The position numbers and the translations under genes were made by a program. A DNA stretch of 64,000 nucleotides from Eubacteriales bacterium (GTDB lineage Bacteria > Bacillota > Clostridia > Oscillospirales > CAG-272). The first letter of the stretch is position 1, and every line of letters begins with the position of its first letter. Shown piece after piece: positions 16,747-27,327 of this stretch. The notes under the pieces are model-generated. The model saw only the letters and a program-made list of their open reading frames with translations. It did not search any database and was not told where the DNA came from. The stretch lies in the NCBI GenBank assembly GCA_045576315.1, contig JAZNGE010000009.1, positions 86,114-150,113 of the forward strand, read 5' to 3'.

Positions 16747-19700
16747 TTATTTTAAAATAACATTAGAATCTCCAAACTTTGTCTTAAGGCGCGCGATAAC
16801 CTTATCGGACGGAGAAATTTTAACATCCTTCAAGCCAACATACGTTTTTGAAGCCAATTCATACACAACGATTCGCGTGTTACCGGGATTCAAAAGCGAC
16901 ATACGGGTAAGAATGTTAATGCACTTGGCATCTCGGTTTTCAACCCTCACGTAAAGTGTTTCGTCCTTTTTAGGTTCGTTTTGAGGCTTGTTATTAAATT
17001 CGGCATTATTTGTAAGCGGACGGATTTCCGAAAGAAGAACTCTCACCTCATCTCCATCCTCATACGAAACCGTGCCTTCTATATACACTGCATTTTCTAC
17101 GAAAATTTCAGACGAAAATGCTGAATACTGTTTTGCAAAGACTATCACCTCAACCTCACCATATCTGTCTTCGAGCTTGATAAAGGCCATAGTATCGCCG
17201 TTTTTTATAACTTTTGTCTTCTTCTCCGTTATGATTCCTGCGAGCTTTACGGTGGATCTGTCTTCGTATTTTTTACCGACTTCGGAATCATCGGACGGGA
17301 TTATACTCGATATCTTTTCAACCCCAAGCGCATCGGCGTTCATCGAGTAATTGTCCATCATATGACCGGAAAAATACATGCCTGAGCTTTCTTTTTCCAA
17401 CATCAAAAGCTCGCGCAGCGAATACTCGGGCAAATCGGGGTATTCAAATACGGAAGAGCCCGTATTAGACGCTTCAAGTCCGATAGAAAACATGTCAAGC
17501 TGACCGCTTACGTTGTTACGCACCTTATCGTGCTCTGTTTCCAAAATCGTTTCATAGCATGACATAAGCGAGCTGCGTGTAATGCCAAGAGAGTCAAAAA
17601 CACCGCACTTAATGAGCGATTCCAAGGTTCTCTTATTTAAATCTGCCGACGACATTCTGGATACGAAGTCATCAAAGGAAGTGAAGCGTCTTTTCTTTCG
17701 CTCATTTATGATAGAAACCGCAACCGAACATCCTACGTTTTTAATTGCCAAAAGACCGAATCTTATGTTCCCATCAGATACGGAAAAATCAGTATCACTA
17801 CTGTTAATATCCGGCGGAAGAACGTATACACCGTGTTTTTGCGCATCGGCTATATATTCACGCAACTTTGCGGTATCTCCGAGCACGCTGGTCAACAATG
17901 CCGAGAAATATTCAGCAGGATAATGCGCCTTGAGATACGCAGTTCTGAAGGAAATAACGCCGTACGCGGTGGCGTGGCTCTTGTTGAACGCGTATTTTGC
18001 AAAGCCTACCATCTCATCGAAAATTTCTGTGGCGGCATTTGCGGGAATTCCGCGCTCGGCACATCCGGCAATAAAGCTCTCTGACTCCGCGATCATAACG
18101 TCGGTTTTTTTCTTCGACATTGCGCGGCGAACGATGTCCGCGTGTGCATATGAGTATCCGGCAAGAGATCTGCATATCTGCATTACCTGCTCCTGATACA
18201 CAATACAACCGTAGGTTACGTCCAATATATCCTTGAGTTGAGGTATATTGTAAACTGTTTTCTCTCTGCCGTGCTTTCTCTCGATAAATTTATCTATCGA
18301 ATCCATAGGACCGGGACGGTAGAGTGCGATACACGCTATAACATCCTCGAGAGTGCCGGGCATCAATCTCGAAAGCACCTGCTTCATTCCACCCGATTCA
18401 AGCTGAAAAACACCGTCTGTGCGCGCTTCGGAAAGCAAGCGGAAGGTTTCGTGATCGTCAAGCGGCACGGCTGTGATATCAAAGTCGGGCATTCTTTTTC
18501 TTATTTGCTGCTCGGCATCGTGAATTACCGTTATATATCTGAGGCCGAGAAAATCGAACTTCACAAGTCCGAGCTTGGCATCGGTGTTCATATCAAACTG
18601 TGTGACGACACCTGTGCCACTATATGAAAGAGGAACGTAATTATACGTGGGCTCCTCGGTTATGACGACACCTGCCGCGTGAGTAGACGCATGGCGGGGC
18701 ATGCCTTCAAGGCTCTTGCTTATGTCAAGCAAGCGACGCACGTCGTTGTCGGTATCGTAAAGCGCTTTTAACTCCTTCACTTCAAGAGCCGATTTGATAG
18801 TCACATTCAACTCTCTTGGAATAAGCTTCGCCACAGTATCCACACGATTATACGGCATACCGAGGGCTCGTCCAACATCACGCACCGCAGCGCGTGCCGC
18901 AAGAGTACCGAATGTTACGATCTGCGCCACCTTATCATCGCCGTATTTTTCTTTTACGTATTCAATAACCTCTTCACGACGGTTATAACAGAAATCTATA
19001 TCAAAATCTGGCATTGAAACGCGCTCGGGATTCAGGAATCTCTCAAAAAGAAGATCGAACGCGATGGGGTCGACGTCGGTTATGCCTATGCAAAAAGCAA
19101 CAAGGCTTCCAGCGCCCGAGCCTCTGCCGGGTCCGACGGGAATATCGGATTTTTTAGCGTAAGAAACGAAATCGCTGACTATGAGGAAATACGCGTTAAA
19201 GCCCATGGAATCGATTACGGAAAGCTCGTATTCGATCCTGCTCTCGTACTCTTCTCTGCTATGTCTGCTAAAATCAAAACGTCCATCGCGAGCTCGCATT
19301 TCGAAACCGCGATACGCATCCTTGCGCAGCTTTTCTCTATGAGAAAGCCCGTCCTCCGGAACAAAATCCGGCAAATGAAGATTATCAAACTCAAAGTCGA
19401 AATTGCACTTGTCAGCAATTTTAACCGTGTTTTCAATCGCGCCCTCATAAGATGAAAACAGAGCGCGCATCTGCTCGGTCGATTTGAAATAAAACTCATC
19501 AGTTTCAAATCCAAAGGGACGACCGTCAGTTATAACATTGTTAGTTTGGATGCACATAAGTATTGCTTGCGTGTCGGCATCCTTTGCCTCTAGGTAATGA
19601 ACGTCGTTGGTTGCCACGAGAGGTATACCGTGAAGCTCGCTTATACGTTTAAGTCCGTATGCAACCTTTCTTTCATCATCAAGACCGTGATTTTGAATCT

Positions 19701-20217
19701 CAAGATAAAAATCCTCACCGAAAATGTCACGCATAGCGAGCGCCTCTGCCTCGGCTTCGTCAAAATTGCCGCCGAGTATAAGCTGAGGTATCTTGCCACC
19801 AACGCATGCGGAAAGCGCTATCAGTCCTTCTGAATGCGCAGACAAGAGGTCCATATCTATACGCGGTCTTGTGTAAAAACCGTTAATAAAGCTCTCGGAA
19901 ACCATATAACAAAGATTTTTGTATCCGACAGCATTCTTGCACAAAAGGATAAGGTGATATCCCGATGAATCCTGTTTTCCTTCCTTACGGAAGCGCGATC
20001 GAGCCGCGACGTAAACTTCACATCCTATTATGGGCTTGATGCCCTTGGCTTTGAGTGCTTCGTAAAACTCGACTACACCGTACATGACACCGTGGTCGGT
20101 TATTGCAACGGCGTGCTGCCCCTCGCGCAAGGCCTTATCGGCAATCTCAGAGATTCTCGTAGCGCCGTCAAGCAAACTGTATTCTGTATGAAGATGAAGA
20201 TGCACGAAATCTCCCAC
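16747..20217 (-). CDS. dnaE: DNA polymerase III alpha subunit (DnaE type)
   Basis: 1156 aa. PHP domain HLHLHTEYSLLDG and polymerase core. GTG start with RBS AAGGAGG. Confidence 0.97.
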   Translation of the reverse strand: MGDFVHLHLHTEYSLLDGATRISEIADKALREGQHAVAITDHGVMYGVVEFYEALKAKGIKPIIGCEVYVAARSRFRKEGKQDSSGYHLILLCKNAVGYKNLCYMVSESFINGFYTRPRIDMDLLSAHSEGLIALSACVGGKIPQLILGGNFDEAEAEALAMRDIFGEDFYLEIQNHGLDDERKVAYGLKRISELHGIPLVATNDVHYLEAKDADTQAILMCIQTNNVITDGRPFGFETDEFYFKSTEQMRALFSSYEGAIENTVKIADKCNFDFEFDNLHLPDFVPEDGLSHREKLRKDAYRGFEMRARDGRFDFSRHSREEYESRIEYELSVIDSMGFNAYFLIVSDFVSYAKKSDIPVGPGRGSGAGSLVAFCIGITDVDPIAFDLLFERFLNPERVSMPDFDIDFCYNRREEVIEYVKEKYGDDKVAQIVTFGTLAARAAVRDVGRALGMPYNRVDTVAKLIPRELNVTIKSALEVKELKALYDTDNDVRRLLDISKSLEGMPRHASTHAAGVVITEEPTYNYVPLSYSGTGVVTQFDMNTDAKLGLVKFDFLGLRYITVIHDAEQQIRKRMPDFDITAVPLDDHETFRLLSEARTDGVFQLESGGMKQVLSRLMPGTLEDVIACIALYRPGPMDSIDKFIERKHGREKTVYNIPQLKDILDVTYGCIVYQEQVMQICRSLAGYSYAHADIVRRAMSKKKTDVMIAESESFIAGCAERGIPANAATEIFDEMVGFAKYAFNKSHATAYGVISFRTAYLKAHYPAEYFSALLTSVLGDTAKLREYIADAQKHGVYVLPPDINSSDTDFSVSDGNIRFGLLAIKNVGCSVAVSIINERKKRRFTSFDDFVSRMSSADLNKRTLESLIKCGVFDSLGITRSSLMSCYETILETEHDKVRNNVSGQLDMFSIGLEASNTGSSVFEYPDLPEYSLRELLMLEKESSGMYFSGHMMDNYSMNADALGVEKISSIIPSDDSEVGKKYEDRSTVKLAGIITEKKTKVIKNGDTMAFIKLEDRYGEVEVIVFAKQYSAFSSEIFVENAVYIEGTVSYEDGDEVRVLLSEIRPLTNNAEFNNKPQNEPKKDETLYVRVENRDAKCINILTRMSLLNPGNTRIVVYELASKTYVGLKDVKISPSDKVIARLKTKFGDSNVILK

Positions 20218-20232
20218 GTGAGATTACCTCCT

Positions 20233-21117
20233 TTATTTTTTAACACCCGGTAAAAGCATTTCCGAGTATTCCATAATTTTTTTAAGTCGGTGCGACAATC
20301 CGGATTTTGAAATAGCGGGCACCGATACGGCGGCGAGCTGTGACAAAGACAGATCGCGATATTTTATTCTCAAACGAGCTGTCGCCTCAAGCTCTTCCGG
20401 CAAAGAGGAAAGAAGATTGTGACGCTCAAGCTCATCTATTACAGATATTTGCTTATGCGAAGCCGTTACCGACTTACTGATATTGTTAGTTTCACAATTA
20501 ACTATACGGTTGGTGTTATTTCTGAATTCGCTCTCTATTTTCGCATTCATAAATGCAAAGGCAGCAGAATTAAGTCCGACGAATGCAAAAAAGTCCTCGA
20601 TAATCGAGCTTTTCTTAACGTATATATCGGTTCTGCCCTTGCGCTGAGTAGTACGTGCTTCGACGCCGATGTCGGAAAGCGCACTTACAAATTTATCGCA
20701 ACAGTTGGTTGGAGAAAACTCCAAAAGATATTGCTTTGTCGGATCTGATATTCTTCCGGCAGCAAAAAACAAACCTCTGAAAAAAGCAGCTTCGCACGCA
20801 GGGCATTTAGCGCTGTAAAGCGATTCGTTTGAATTTATAGCACCGATATAACGAAGCGCACTCTTGGACGAAAATTCCAAAACGCGACATCTACCGCCCG
20901 ATTTAGGACGCTGCGGCTCTGTCGATGCACCGAAAAACTCAGAGATGAATTTCGCTGCAAAATTAGCAAGCTCATCATTTTCAAGATTAATAGAAACGCT
21001 ACCGTCGTGTACCAAAGCCTTTGATGCTATAAGTGCCGAGGCAAATGCCTTTCGGCAGCAGGAGGCTTTTATCGGTTGCTCGATTATTTCATGCTTTAAA
21101 TCCGAAGAAAACGACAT
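20233..21117 (-). CDS. whiA: DNA-binding protein WhiA
   Basis: 294 aa. LAGLIDADG-like core and C-terminal HTH (LSQLAAVSVPAISKSGLSHRLKKI). Confidence 0.93.
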   Translation of the reverse strand: MSFSSDLKHEIIEQPIKASCCRKAFASALIASKALVHDGSVSINLENDELANFAAKFISEFFGASTEPQRPKSGGRCRVLEFSSKSALRYIGAINSNESLYSAKCPACEAAFFRGLFFAAGRISDPTKQYLLEFSPTNCCDKFVSALSDIGVEARTTQRKGRTDIYVKKSSIIEDFFAFVGLNSAAFAFMNAKIESEFRNNTNRIVNCETNNISKSVTASHKQISVIDELERHNLLSSLPEELEATARLRIKYRDLSLSQLAAVSVPAISKSGLSHRLKKIMEYSEMLLPGVKK

Positions 21118-21147
21118 AAATACCTCCTTAAAATTAGATTTTAGATT

Positions 21148-22059
21148 TTATTTCGCAGCAGAATTATCAAGAAAAACTATTTCTTCTTGCAGCGAAACTC
21201 CAAACTGTTTATAAACCTCGAGTTTTACATATTCAATAAGGGCTCTAAAATCTGCGGCGGTCGCACCGCCGGTATTGATTATAAAGCCGGCATGCTTCGG
21301 GGAGATCATAGCTTTTCCAACAGTCTTTCCCTTCAATGTGCAATTATCGATATAGTAAGCCGCAGATACGCCGTTGACCTTTTTGAATATACTGCCAAGG
21401 CTTGGATATTCTATCGGTTGAGTACTGATCCGTCTATGCTTTATGATTTCCATTTCACTGATAATAATGTCCGGATTTCGTTCGGCAAGCTCAAGATCTA
21501 CCGACAATACAATTGCATTACCTCCCGAAAAAGCACTGTTCCGATATGAGAAAGCGCACTCCGATCGTGAGAATGACACTATTTCATCTTCGGAAGGCAG
21601 ATAAGCGCAAACACTTTTTACACGATCACCGATCTCAGAGTCAAACGCACCAGCGTTTGAAACGATCATGCCGCCAATTGTTCCGGGAATGCCGCACAAG
21701 CCCTCGAGTCCGCCAAGCCCCTTGCGAGCAGCTTCGGTGATCATTAAAGAAGCAAGAACCCCGCATTCAGCAGTTATGGGTGTTCCGTGAGATGAGTAGC
21801 GATTGATTTTTCTTGTTGAAACCAACACGCCGCAATATTCATCGTCACACGGTAGCACGTTTGTCATACAACCTATCACCCTATATTCGATCTTCCTGTT
21901 ATGAAGAAAGCGTATAAGGTCTACCAGCTGTTGCCGGGTATCGGGAAAGGCGATAACGGCGGCGGCACCTCCAACTCGCGCGGAGCTGTACTGCGCCATT
22001 AATTGATTTCTTTTATATTCAACGTCCTTTTTGATTAAAAAATCAAAAAGTTCATCCAT
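21148..22059 (-). CDS. murB: UDP-N-acetylenolpyruvoylglucosamine reductase
   Basis: 303 aa. FAD-binding domain, GGMIVSNAGA and C-terminal MurB motifs. Confidence 0.93.
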   Translation of the reverse strand: MDELFDFLIKKDVEYKRNQLMAQYSSARVGGAAAVIAFPDTRQQLVDLIRFLHNRKIEYRVIGCMTNVLPCDDEYCGVLVSTRKINRYSSHGTPITAECGVLASLMITEAARKGLGGLEGLCGIPGTIGGMIVSNAGAFDSEIGDRVKSVCAYLPSEDEIVSFSRSECAFSYRNSAFSGGNAIVLSVDLELAERNPDIIISEMEIIKHRRISTQPIEYPSLGSIFKKVNGVSAAYYIDNCTLKGKTVGKAMISPKHAGFIINTGGATAADFRALIEYVKLEVYKQFGVSLQEEIVFLDNSAAK

Positions 22060-22061
22060 GG

Positions 22062-23762
22062 TTAATCCCTTATGTAAATTTCTCTTTCATCAAGCATATC
22101 TTCGGCCGCTTTGCGTTGCGCAGCCGTTACATCTATACCACCAAGTATACGTGAAAGCTCAGAAATTCTGCCATCACGGTCAAGCACCTCAACAAAGGTC
22201 TGAGTAGTGGAATCAACGTCGCGCTTTTTAATGAGAAAATGCGCTTGTGCAAGCGAGGCTATCTGCGCGCTGTGAGTCACGCAAAGCAATTGTGAGCTAC
22301 GAGAGAGAGAAAGCATCTTGATTCCTATCTTACGCGCGGTCTTACCCGACACGCCGGCATCGATCTCATCATATATAACCGTTGCAATGCCGTCCTTGTC
22401 GGATATTGCCGATTTGAGAGCGAGCATAATACGCGCAAGTTCACCGCCGGATGCGATCTTACCGAGCGGTTGCGCATCTGCGCCCTTGTTTGCGCTGATA
22501 TAAAACTCCAGTTTGTCGTATCCGGAAGGCATAAGAACCTTCTTACCTGCTGAATATTCTTCCTTGAGCGAGGTGTAGAAAACAACCTTCGGCATATCGA
22601 GAAATTCAAGCGTCTGCTTAACCGATTCTTCGATTTCCTTCGAAGCGCCGAGACGTCTTTTATGAAGGTTATCTGCTACGGAAAGCGCAGCATCATAGAG
22701 TTCTTTTTCTTTTGCTTCCAGCTCTTTGAGTATCTCGTCGGAATTCTCAAGCGTATCAAGCTCACGCTGTGATTTATCACGGAATGCAAGCACGTCGGCG
22801 ATAGTTAATCCGTACTTACGCTTAAGCTTTGCTATTTTATCTAATCTCGCCTCAATTTTGTTCAATGCTTCCGTAGGATCTGCATCCATATCGGAAATCA
22901 CCGCGTAGACTTCCTCGCCAATGTCATCAACCTTGTATCGCATATCACGCAAGGTCTCGGCATAAGCGGCAAAATCAGGCACAACATCGGATATTTGTTC
23001 AAGCGCGCTTATACTGCGGTCAAGAAGAAACGAAACGCTTCCCTTTTCGCTGCCCTTCAACGCCTTGAAAACAAATCCGGCATTTTTTGTTATCTTTTCA
23101 CTGTTTTTAATTTTGAGCTTCTTATCAATAAGCTCTTCCTCCTCGCCGTCATAAACCGCAAGGTCATCTATATCCTTTATCTGATATTTGAGTATCTCTA
23201 CAATGCGCTCGCGTTCAGCCTGCTGTTTAACAACATTGCTAATACTCACTCTTGTATCATCAAGCTTTGCATACAAGGATTTATACTCTTCCAGAATCTC
23301 GGAATTCGCAGCATATATGTCGATAAGCTCCAGCTGCTTCTGCGGCTCGGCGATAGAAGCCGTATCCGACTGCCCGTGTATAGCTACAAGGGACGGGGTG
23401 ACACTTCTCAAAACAGAGAGCGTAACCGTTCTGCCGTTTATTTTTATTTGAGAGCGGCCGTCGGTGTGCATCGAACGCTGAATAAGAATATTACCGTCCT
23501 CGTCGCAGCTTATTCCCGCTTCCAGAAGTGCTGTTGCGGCACTAGGCGTAAGATCACCGAAAAATCCGCTTACCATAGCATATGCTTCGCCGGTGCGTAT
23601 AAGTTCCTTATCTGCTTTCGCACCGAGCAAAAGGTTGATTGAATCGATAATTATTGATTTTCCTGCTCCGGTTTCACCTGTCAAAACGGTAAATCCTGTT
23701 GAAAAATCAAGATCAAGCGATTTAATCACCGCAATATTTTCAATATGTAAGGAAAGGAGCAT
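22062..23762 (-). CDS. recN: DNA repair protein RecN
   Basis: 566 aa. N-terminal Walker A GETGAGKS, coiled coil, and signature SGGELARIMLAL. Confidence 0.96.
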   Translation of the reverse strand: MLLSLHIENIAVIKSLDLDFSTGFTVLTGETGAGKSIIIDSINLLLGAKADKELIRTGEAYAMVSGFFGDLTPSAATALLEAGISCDEDGNILIQRSMHTDGRSQIKINGRTVTLSVLRSVTPSLVAIHGQSDTASIAEPQKQLELIDIYAANSEILEEYKSLYAKLDDTRVSISNVVKQQAERERIVEILKYQIKDIDDLAVYDGEEEELIDKKLKIKNSEKITKNAGFVFKALKGSEKGSVSFLLDRSISALEQISDVVPDFAAYAETLRDMRYKVDDIGEEVYAVISDMDADPTEALNKIEARLDKIAKLKRKYGLTIADVLAFRDKSQRELDTLENSDEILKELEAKEKELYDAALSVADNLHKRRLGASKEIEESVKQTLEFLDMPKVVFYTSLKEEYSAGKKVLMPSGYDKLEFYISANKGADAQPLGKIASGGELARIMLALKSAISDKDGIATVIYDEIDAGVSGKTARKIGIKMLSLSRSSQLLCVTHSAQIASLAQAHFLIKKRDVDSTTQTFVEVLDRDGRISELSRILGGIDVTAAQRKAAEDMLDEREIYIRD

Positions 23763-23779
23763 TTGTTCCTCCGAAAAGA

Positions 23780-24235
23780 TTATTTAATCGAAAAAGCGTC
23801 TTTAAGCTCTCGTGCAACCTCGTGCGCAACGTCGTCATTTTTGACAACGAGAAGTATCGTATCGTCACCGGCAACACTACCGACGATATGGCTTTTTTCA
23901 AGAGCATCGACACAAACTGCAAGCGCATTCGCCATGCCGGGAAACGTCTTAACAACTACTATATTTCCGGCAGCCTCAATGTTCGTTACCGATTCGGTGA
24001 GCGCGGAGTTCAAGACAGGAACGTTTGCTTCGCGCTTAACGCCGGGGCGTATATACTTGTACTCTCCGCTTGCTGACATTCCCTTTACAAGCTTAAGCTC
24101 TCTTATATCGCGAGAAATAGTGGTTTGCGTTGCATTTATACCTGCCTCACGAAGCTTTTCTATCATCGCTTCCTGAGTGTCGATATCATACATATCAATT
24201 AATTCAAGTATTTTCTGCTGTCTTGCGTTTTTCAT
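23780..24235 (-). CDS. argR: arginine repressor
   Basis: 151 aa. Winged helix (QTTISRDIRELKLVK) and C-terminal GTIAGDDT-like motif (GSVAGDDTILLV). Confidence 0.93.
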   Translation of the reverse strand: MKNARQQKILELIDMYDIDTQEAMIEKLREAGINATQTTISRDIRELKLVKGMSASGEYKYIRPGVKREANVPVLNSALTESVTNIEAAGNIVVVKTFPGMANALAVCVDALEKSHIVGSVAGDDTILLVVKNDDVAHEVARELKDAFSIK

Positions 24236-24246
24236 ATCTATCTCCC

Positions 24247-25098
24247 TTAAATATTTTCGTATCGTTTCATTTTGCCAAAAAGAGTCGAAAACATATTACC
24301 GCTGCTGAACGTTAACATGCGGAAGCGTTTGTTTGCTGCTTTTACCACGCAACGCTCGTTCTCGCCAAGCTCTGCAAAAAGTCGACCGTCGACCGTGATG
24401 TTAAGCGTATCCTTGCCGTTGTTGCAAAGAACAAGTTGTTCCGATGGATTGAATATCACCGAACGGTTAAAAAACGAATGCGGACAAATCGGTGTGGCAA
24501 GTATAGAATCAATATCATGGGAAAGTATCGGTCCACCTGCAGAAAGCGAGTAAGCCGTAGAGCCGACAGGGGTTGAAAGAATCAAGCCGTCTGCTCTGTA
24601 TTTTACGGTTGCACCGTTTGAATCAGTAAGTGAAAGCTCCGCAAGCCCGAGATAAGATTCGTGCGAGATTATAACGTCGTTCAGCGCGAGGCGATCCGAT
24701 GTTATCCTATCGTCTGTGCGAATAACGTCGACGGACAAAAGCATCTTCTCTTCTATTTTGTAGTCACCGGTAAACAATCGGTCAAGCTGATGTATATTGC
24801 TCGGCTCAACTTCTGCAAGATAACCGATATTACCAAGGTTAATGCCGATTACAGGAAGATCGTGCTCTAAGGCAGGAATTGACGCGTCAATTATCGAACC
24901 GTCACCGCCAATTACCACTATAAGATCCGCTTCACCAGGAATGCTCTGACAAACGGTAGCATATCCCAAAAGGTCAGTTTCGTATTTTGCTTCAACAAAA
25001 ACGCGCGCACCACGAGAAGCCAAAAACTGTGCTACCTTTGAGCTTGTTAAAAAATCGGTATCTTTCAATTTGTTCGGTATGATTACTATGCTTTTCAT
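24247..25098 (-). CDS. nadK: NAD kinase
   Basis: GGDG motif (VIGGDGS) and NLGNIGYL. The start is set at the ATG at 25098, preceded by GGAAAGGTGG, not at 25116. Confidence 0.93.
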   Translation of the reverse strand: MKSIVIIPNKLKDTDFLTSSKVAQFLASRGARVFVEAKYETDLLGYATVCQSIPGEADLIVVIGGDGSIIDASIPALEHDLPVIGINLGNIGYLAEVEPSNIHQLDRLFTGDYKIEEKMLLSVDVIRTDDRITSDRLALNDVIISHESYLGLAELSLTDSNGATVKYRADGLILSTPVGSTAYSLSAGGPILSHDIDSILATPICPHSFFNRSVIFNPSEQLVLCNNGKDTLNITVDGRLFAELGENERCVVKAANKRFRMLTFSSGNMFSTLFGKMKRYENI

Positions 25099-25129
25099 AG
25101 CCCACCTTTCCGCCATTTCAATGAAAACC

Positions 25130-25852
25130 TTATTTCTTGAAATGAGCTAAAAATTCAATATTACCGTCGCCGCCGACCACGGACGAACGAACTACTCCCA
25201 TCGATTTAAAACCTAAATTCTCTGCAAACTCTACGACTTTTTTAACGGCAGAAGCACGTACCTTATCGTCCTTGACTATTCCGCCTTTACCTATATTTGC
25301 CCTACCGACCTCAAATTGCGGTTTAATAAGACATATAAAATCAGCATCGGGCTTTAAGCAAGCGTAAAGTGCCGGCATTATGTAAGTAGCAGAAATAAAC
25401 GAGACGTCCATAACTGCAAGTTCCGGCTCGTACGGAAGATCGTCAAGGGTCATATATCTGGCGTTATACCCTTCCATGACCGTCACGCGCTCATCATCTC
25501 TCAAGCTTTTGATCAACTGTCCGGTACCGGAATCCACAGCCACAACGTGCGCTGCACCGTTTTTAAGAAGGCAATCCGTAAATCCACCGCTCGAGGCGCC
25601 CACATCTATCGCAAATTTTCCACTGATTTCAAAATGGAATGCATCTATCGCACATTCAAGCTTATGACCGCCGCGACTTGCATATCGAACACCCGTATCC
25701 GCGATGCTTATCACTGCCCCGTCATCAACGTCATATGACGGCTTGTTAATTACTTTTCCATTAACCGAAACAAGAGAGTTAATTATCAGCTGCTTTGCAT
25801 CGGTGCGGCTGTTTGCATATCCCTTTTCGAATAAAAAGACGTCAAAACGCAT
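25130..25852 (-). CDS. tlyA: TlyA-family rRNA 2'-O-methyltransferase
   Basis: 240 aa. S4 domain plus FtsJ-like SAM motif DVGASSGGFTD. Confidence 0.9.
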   Translation of the reverse strand: MRFDVFLFEKGYANSRTDAKQLIINSLVSVNGKVINKPSYDVDDGAVISIADTGVRYASRGGHKLECAIDAFHFEISGKFAIDVGASSGGFTDCLLKNGAAHVVAVDSGTGQLIKSLRDDERVTVMEGYNARYMTLDDLPYEPELAVMDVSFISATYIMPALYACLKPDADFICLIKPQFEVGRANIGKGGIVKDDKVRASAVKKVVEFAENLGFKSMGVVRSSVVGGDGNIEFLAHFKK

Positions 25853-25853
25853 G

Positions 25854-26084
25854 TTATTCTACATCGAAAGGAACGTCGCTAACGCTACCGTCCGCATTCT
25901 CTATCAGCATTTTTACCTTCTGCTCGGCAGAACTTATTTTTTCGTTACACACCTTAATAAGATTTACCGCCTCTTCAAAGGTGGCAAGAGATTCATCCAG
26001 GCTAAGCGCACCGCTCTCAAGCTTGGAGACAGCATTATCAAGCGCAATCATCGCTTCCTCGAAAGTAACGTTCTTTTTCATCAT
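25854..26084 (-). CDS. xseB: exodeoxyribonuclease VII small subunit
   Basis: 76 aa with the FEEAMIALDNAVSKLESG..LDESL pattern. Overlaps the xseA stop. Confidence 0.9.
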   Translation of the reverse strand: MMKKNVTFEEAMIALDNAVSKLESGALSLDESLATFEEAVNLIKVCNEKISSAEQKVKMLIENADGSVSDVPFDVE

Positions 26085-27325
26085 TTTTTCTCCTTTCGGG
26101 AGATCTTTATAGAATTTATATTGGCATCTGCCGTGCCGTCTTTGAATCGGATCGACACGTTATCGCCAACCTTAATATCCGTCGCGCCGAAAACAAAGCC
26201 GCCGTCTTTTTCAACAATCGAATATCCGCGTGACAGTACGGCAAGCGGACTCAGCGCATCGAGCTTACCGCTTACAACGCGAAGGTTGCTCGATTTATCC
26301 TTGATCGAATCCGATACCGCTGTACGCGCCCTATCTCCGAGTGAGGTGACACCGTCACGGTAAGTAGCGAAAAACATTGACGGATCCTTGAATATAGTCT
26401 TATCGGATATACGTTCGAGACGGTCTCGCTTACGCTCGGCAGTAGTGCGAAGCGCCGACACTATACGATCGGATGCATCATCAAGGCCGATCATAATATC
26501 TCGAAGATCAGGGACGGCAAGCTCTGCTGCCGCAGAGGGCGTGGGAGCGCGAAGGTCGGATACAAAATCGCATATTGTAAAGTCTGTTTCGTGACCAACC
26601 GCGGAAATAACAGGCGTTTGTGCTTCGGCAATCCGTCTTGCCAGCTTCTCCGAGTTAAACGCCCAAAGATCTTCGATAGAACCGCCACCGCGGCCTATTA
26701 TAATCACGTCGACAAGGCGCGCACTTTCAAAATAATCTATCGCCTTGACAAGATTAACCTCTGCCCCGTCGCCCTGTACAAGTGACGGATACAGATATAT
26801 CTGCGCCAAGGGATATCTGCGACCTGTGACGTTAATGATATCTCGAACCGCAGCTCCGGTAGGCGAGGTTATCACGCCTATGCGCGTAGGAAACCGAGGA
26901 ATCGGCTTCTTTCTCTCGTTGTCAAAGAGTCCTTCGTCCGCAAGCTTTTCTTTTAACTGCTCGTAGGCTTTATACAACGCGCCGAGACCGTCCGGCGCCA
27001 TATTGTTGACATACAACTGCACCGTTCCACCTTGCGGATAGAGAGAAACCGAGCCGTGTACGGTGACCTTCATTCCCTCTTTAGGATCAAACTTCAGCCT
27101 TGAGCGCGCAGATCTAAACATAACTGCGCGTATTTGAGCATCGGAATCTTTAAGAGAAAAATAGAGATGGCCGCTACGGTGATCTGTGAAATTAGATATC
27201 TCGCCCGTTACGCTGATCGCAGCCAAGGTGCGATCGGAATCAATGAGATTCTTTATAAAATTATTCAGTTCAGTAACTGTGAGCGCGCCTTGTGTCGGGC
27301 GGTCACGGAGAGCTGAAATATCCAT
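26081..27325 (-). CDS. xseA: exodeoxyribonuclease VII large subunit
   Basis: 414 aa. OB-fold N-terminus (SVTGEISNF..HLYFSLKD) and catalytic core (RGGGSIEDLW). Confidence 0.95.
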   Translation of the reverse strand: MDISALRDRPTQGALTVTELNNFIKNLIDSDRTLAAISVTGEISNFTDHRSGHLYFSLKDSDAQIRAVMFRSARSRLKFDPKEGMKVTVHGSVSLYPQGGTVQLYVNNMAPDGLGALYKAYEQLKEKLADEGLFDNERKKPIPRFPTRIGVITSPTGAAVRDIINVTGRRYPLAQIYLYPSLVQGDGAEVNLVKAIDYFESARLVDVIIIGRGGGSIEDLWAFNSEKLARRIAEAQTPVISAVGHETDFTICDFVSDLRAPTPSAAAELAVPDLRDIMIGLDDASDRIVSALRTTAERKRDRLERISDKTIFKDPSMFFATYRDGVTSLGDRARTAVSDSIKDKSSNLRVVSGKLDALSPLAVLSRGYSIVEKDGGFVFGATDIKVGDNVSIRFKDGTADANINSIKISRKEKK

Positions 27326-27327
27326 TG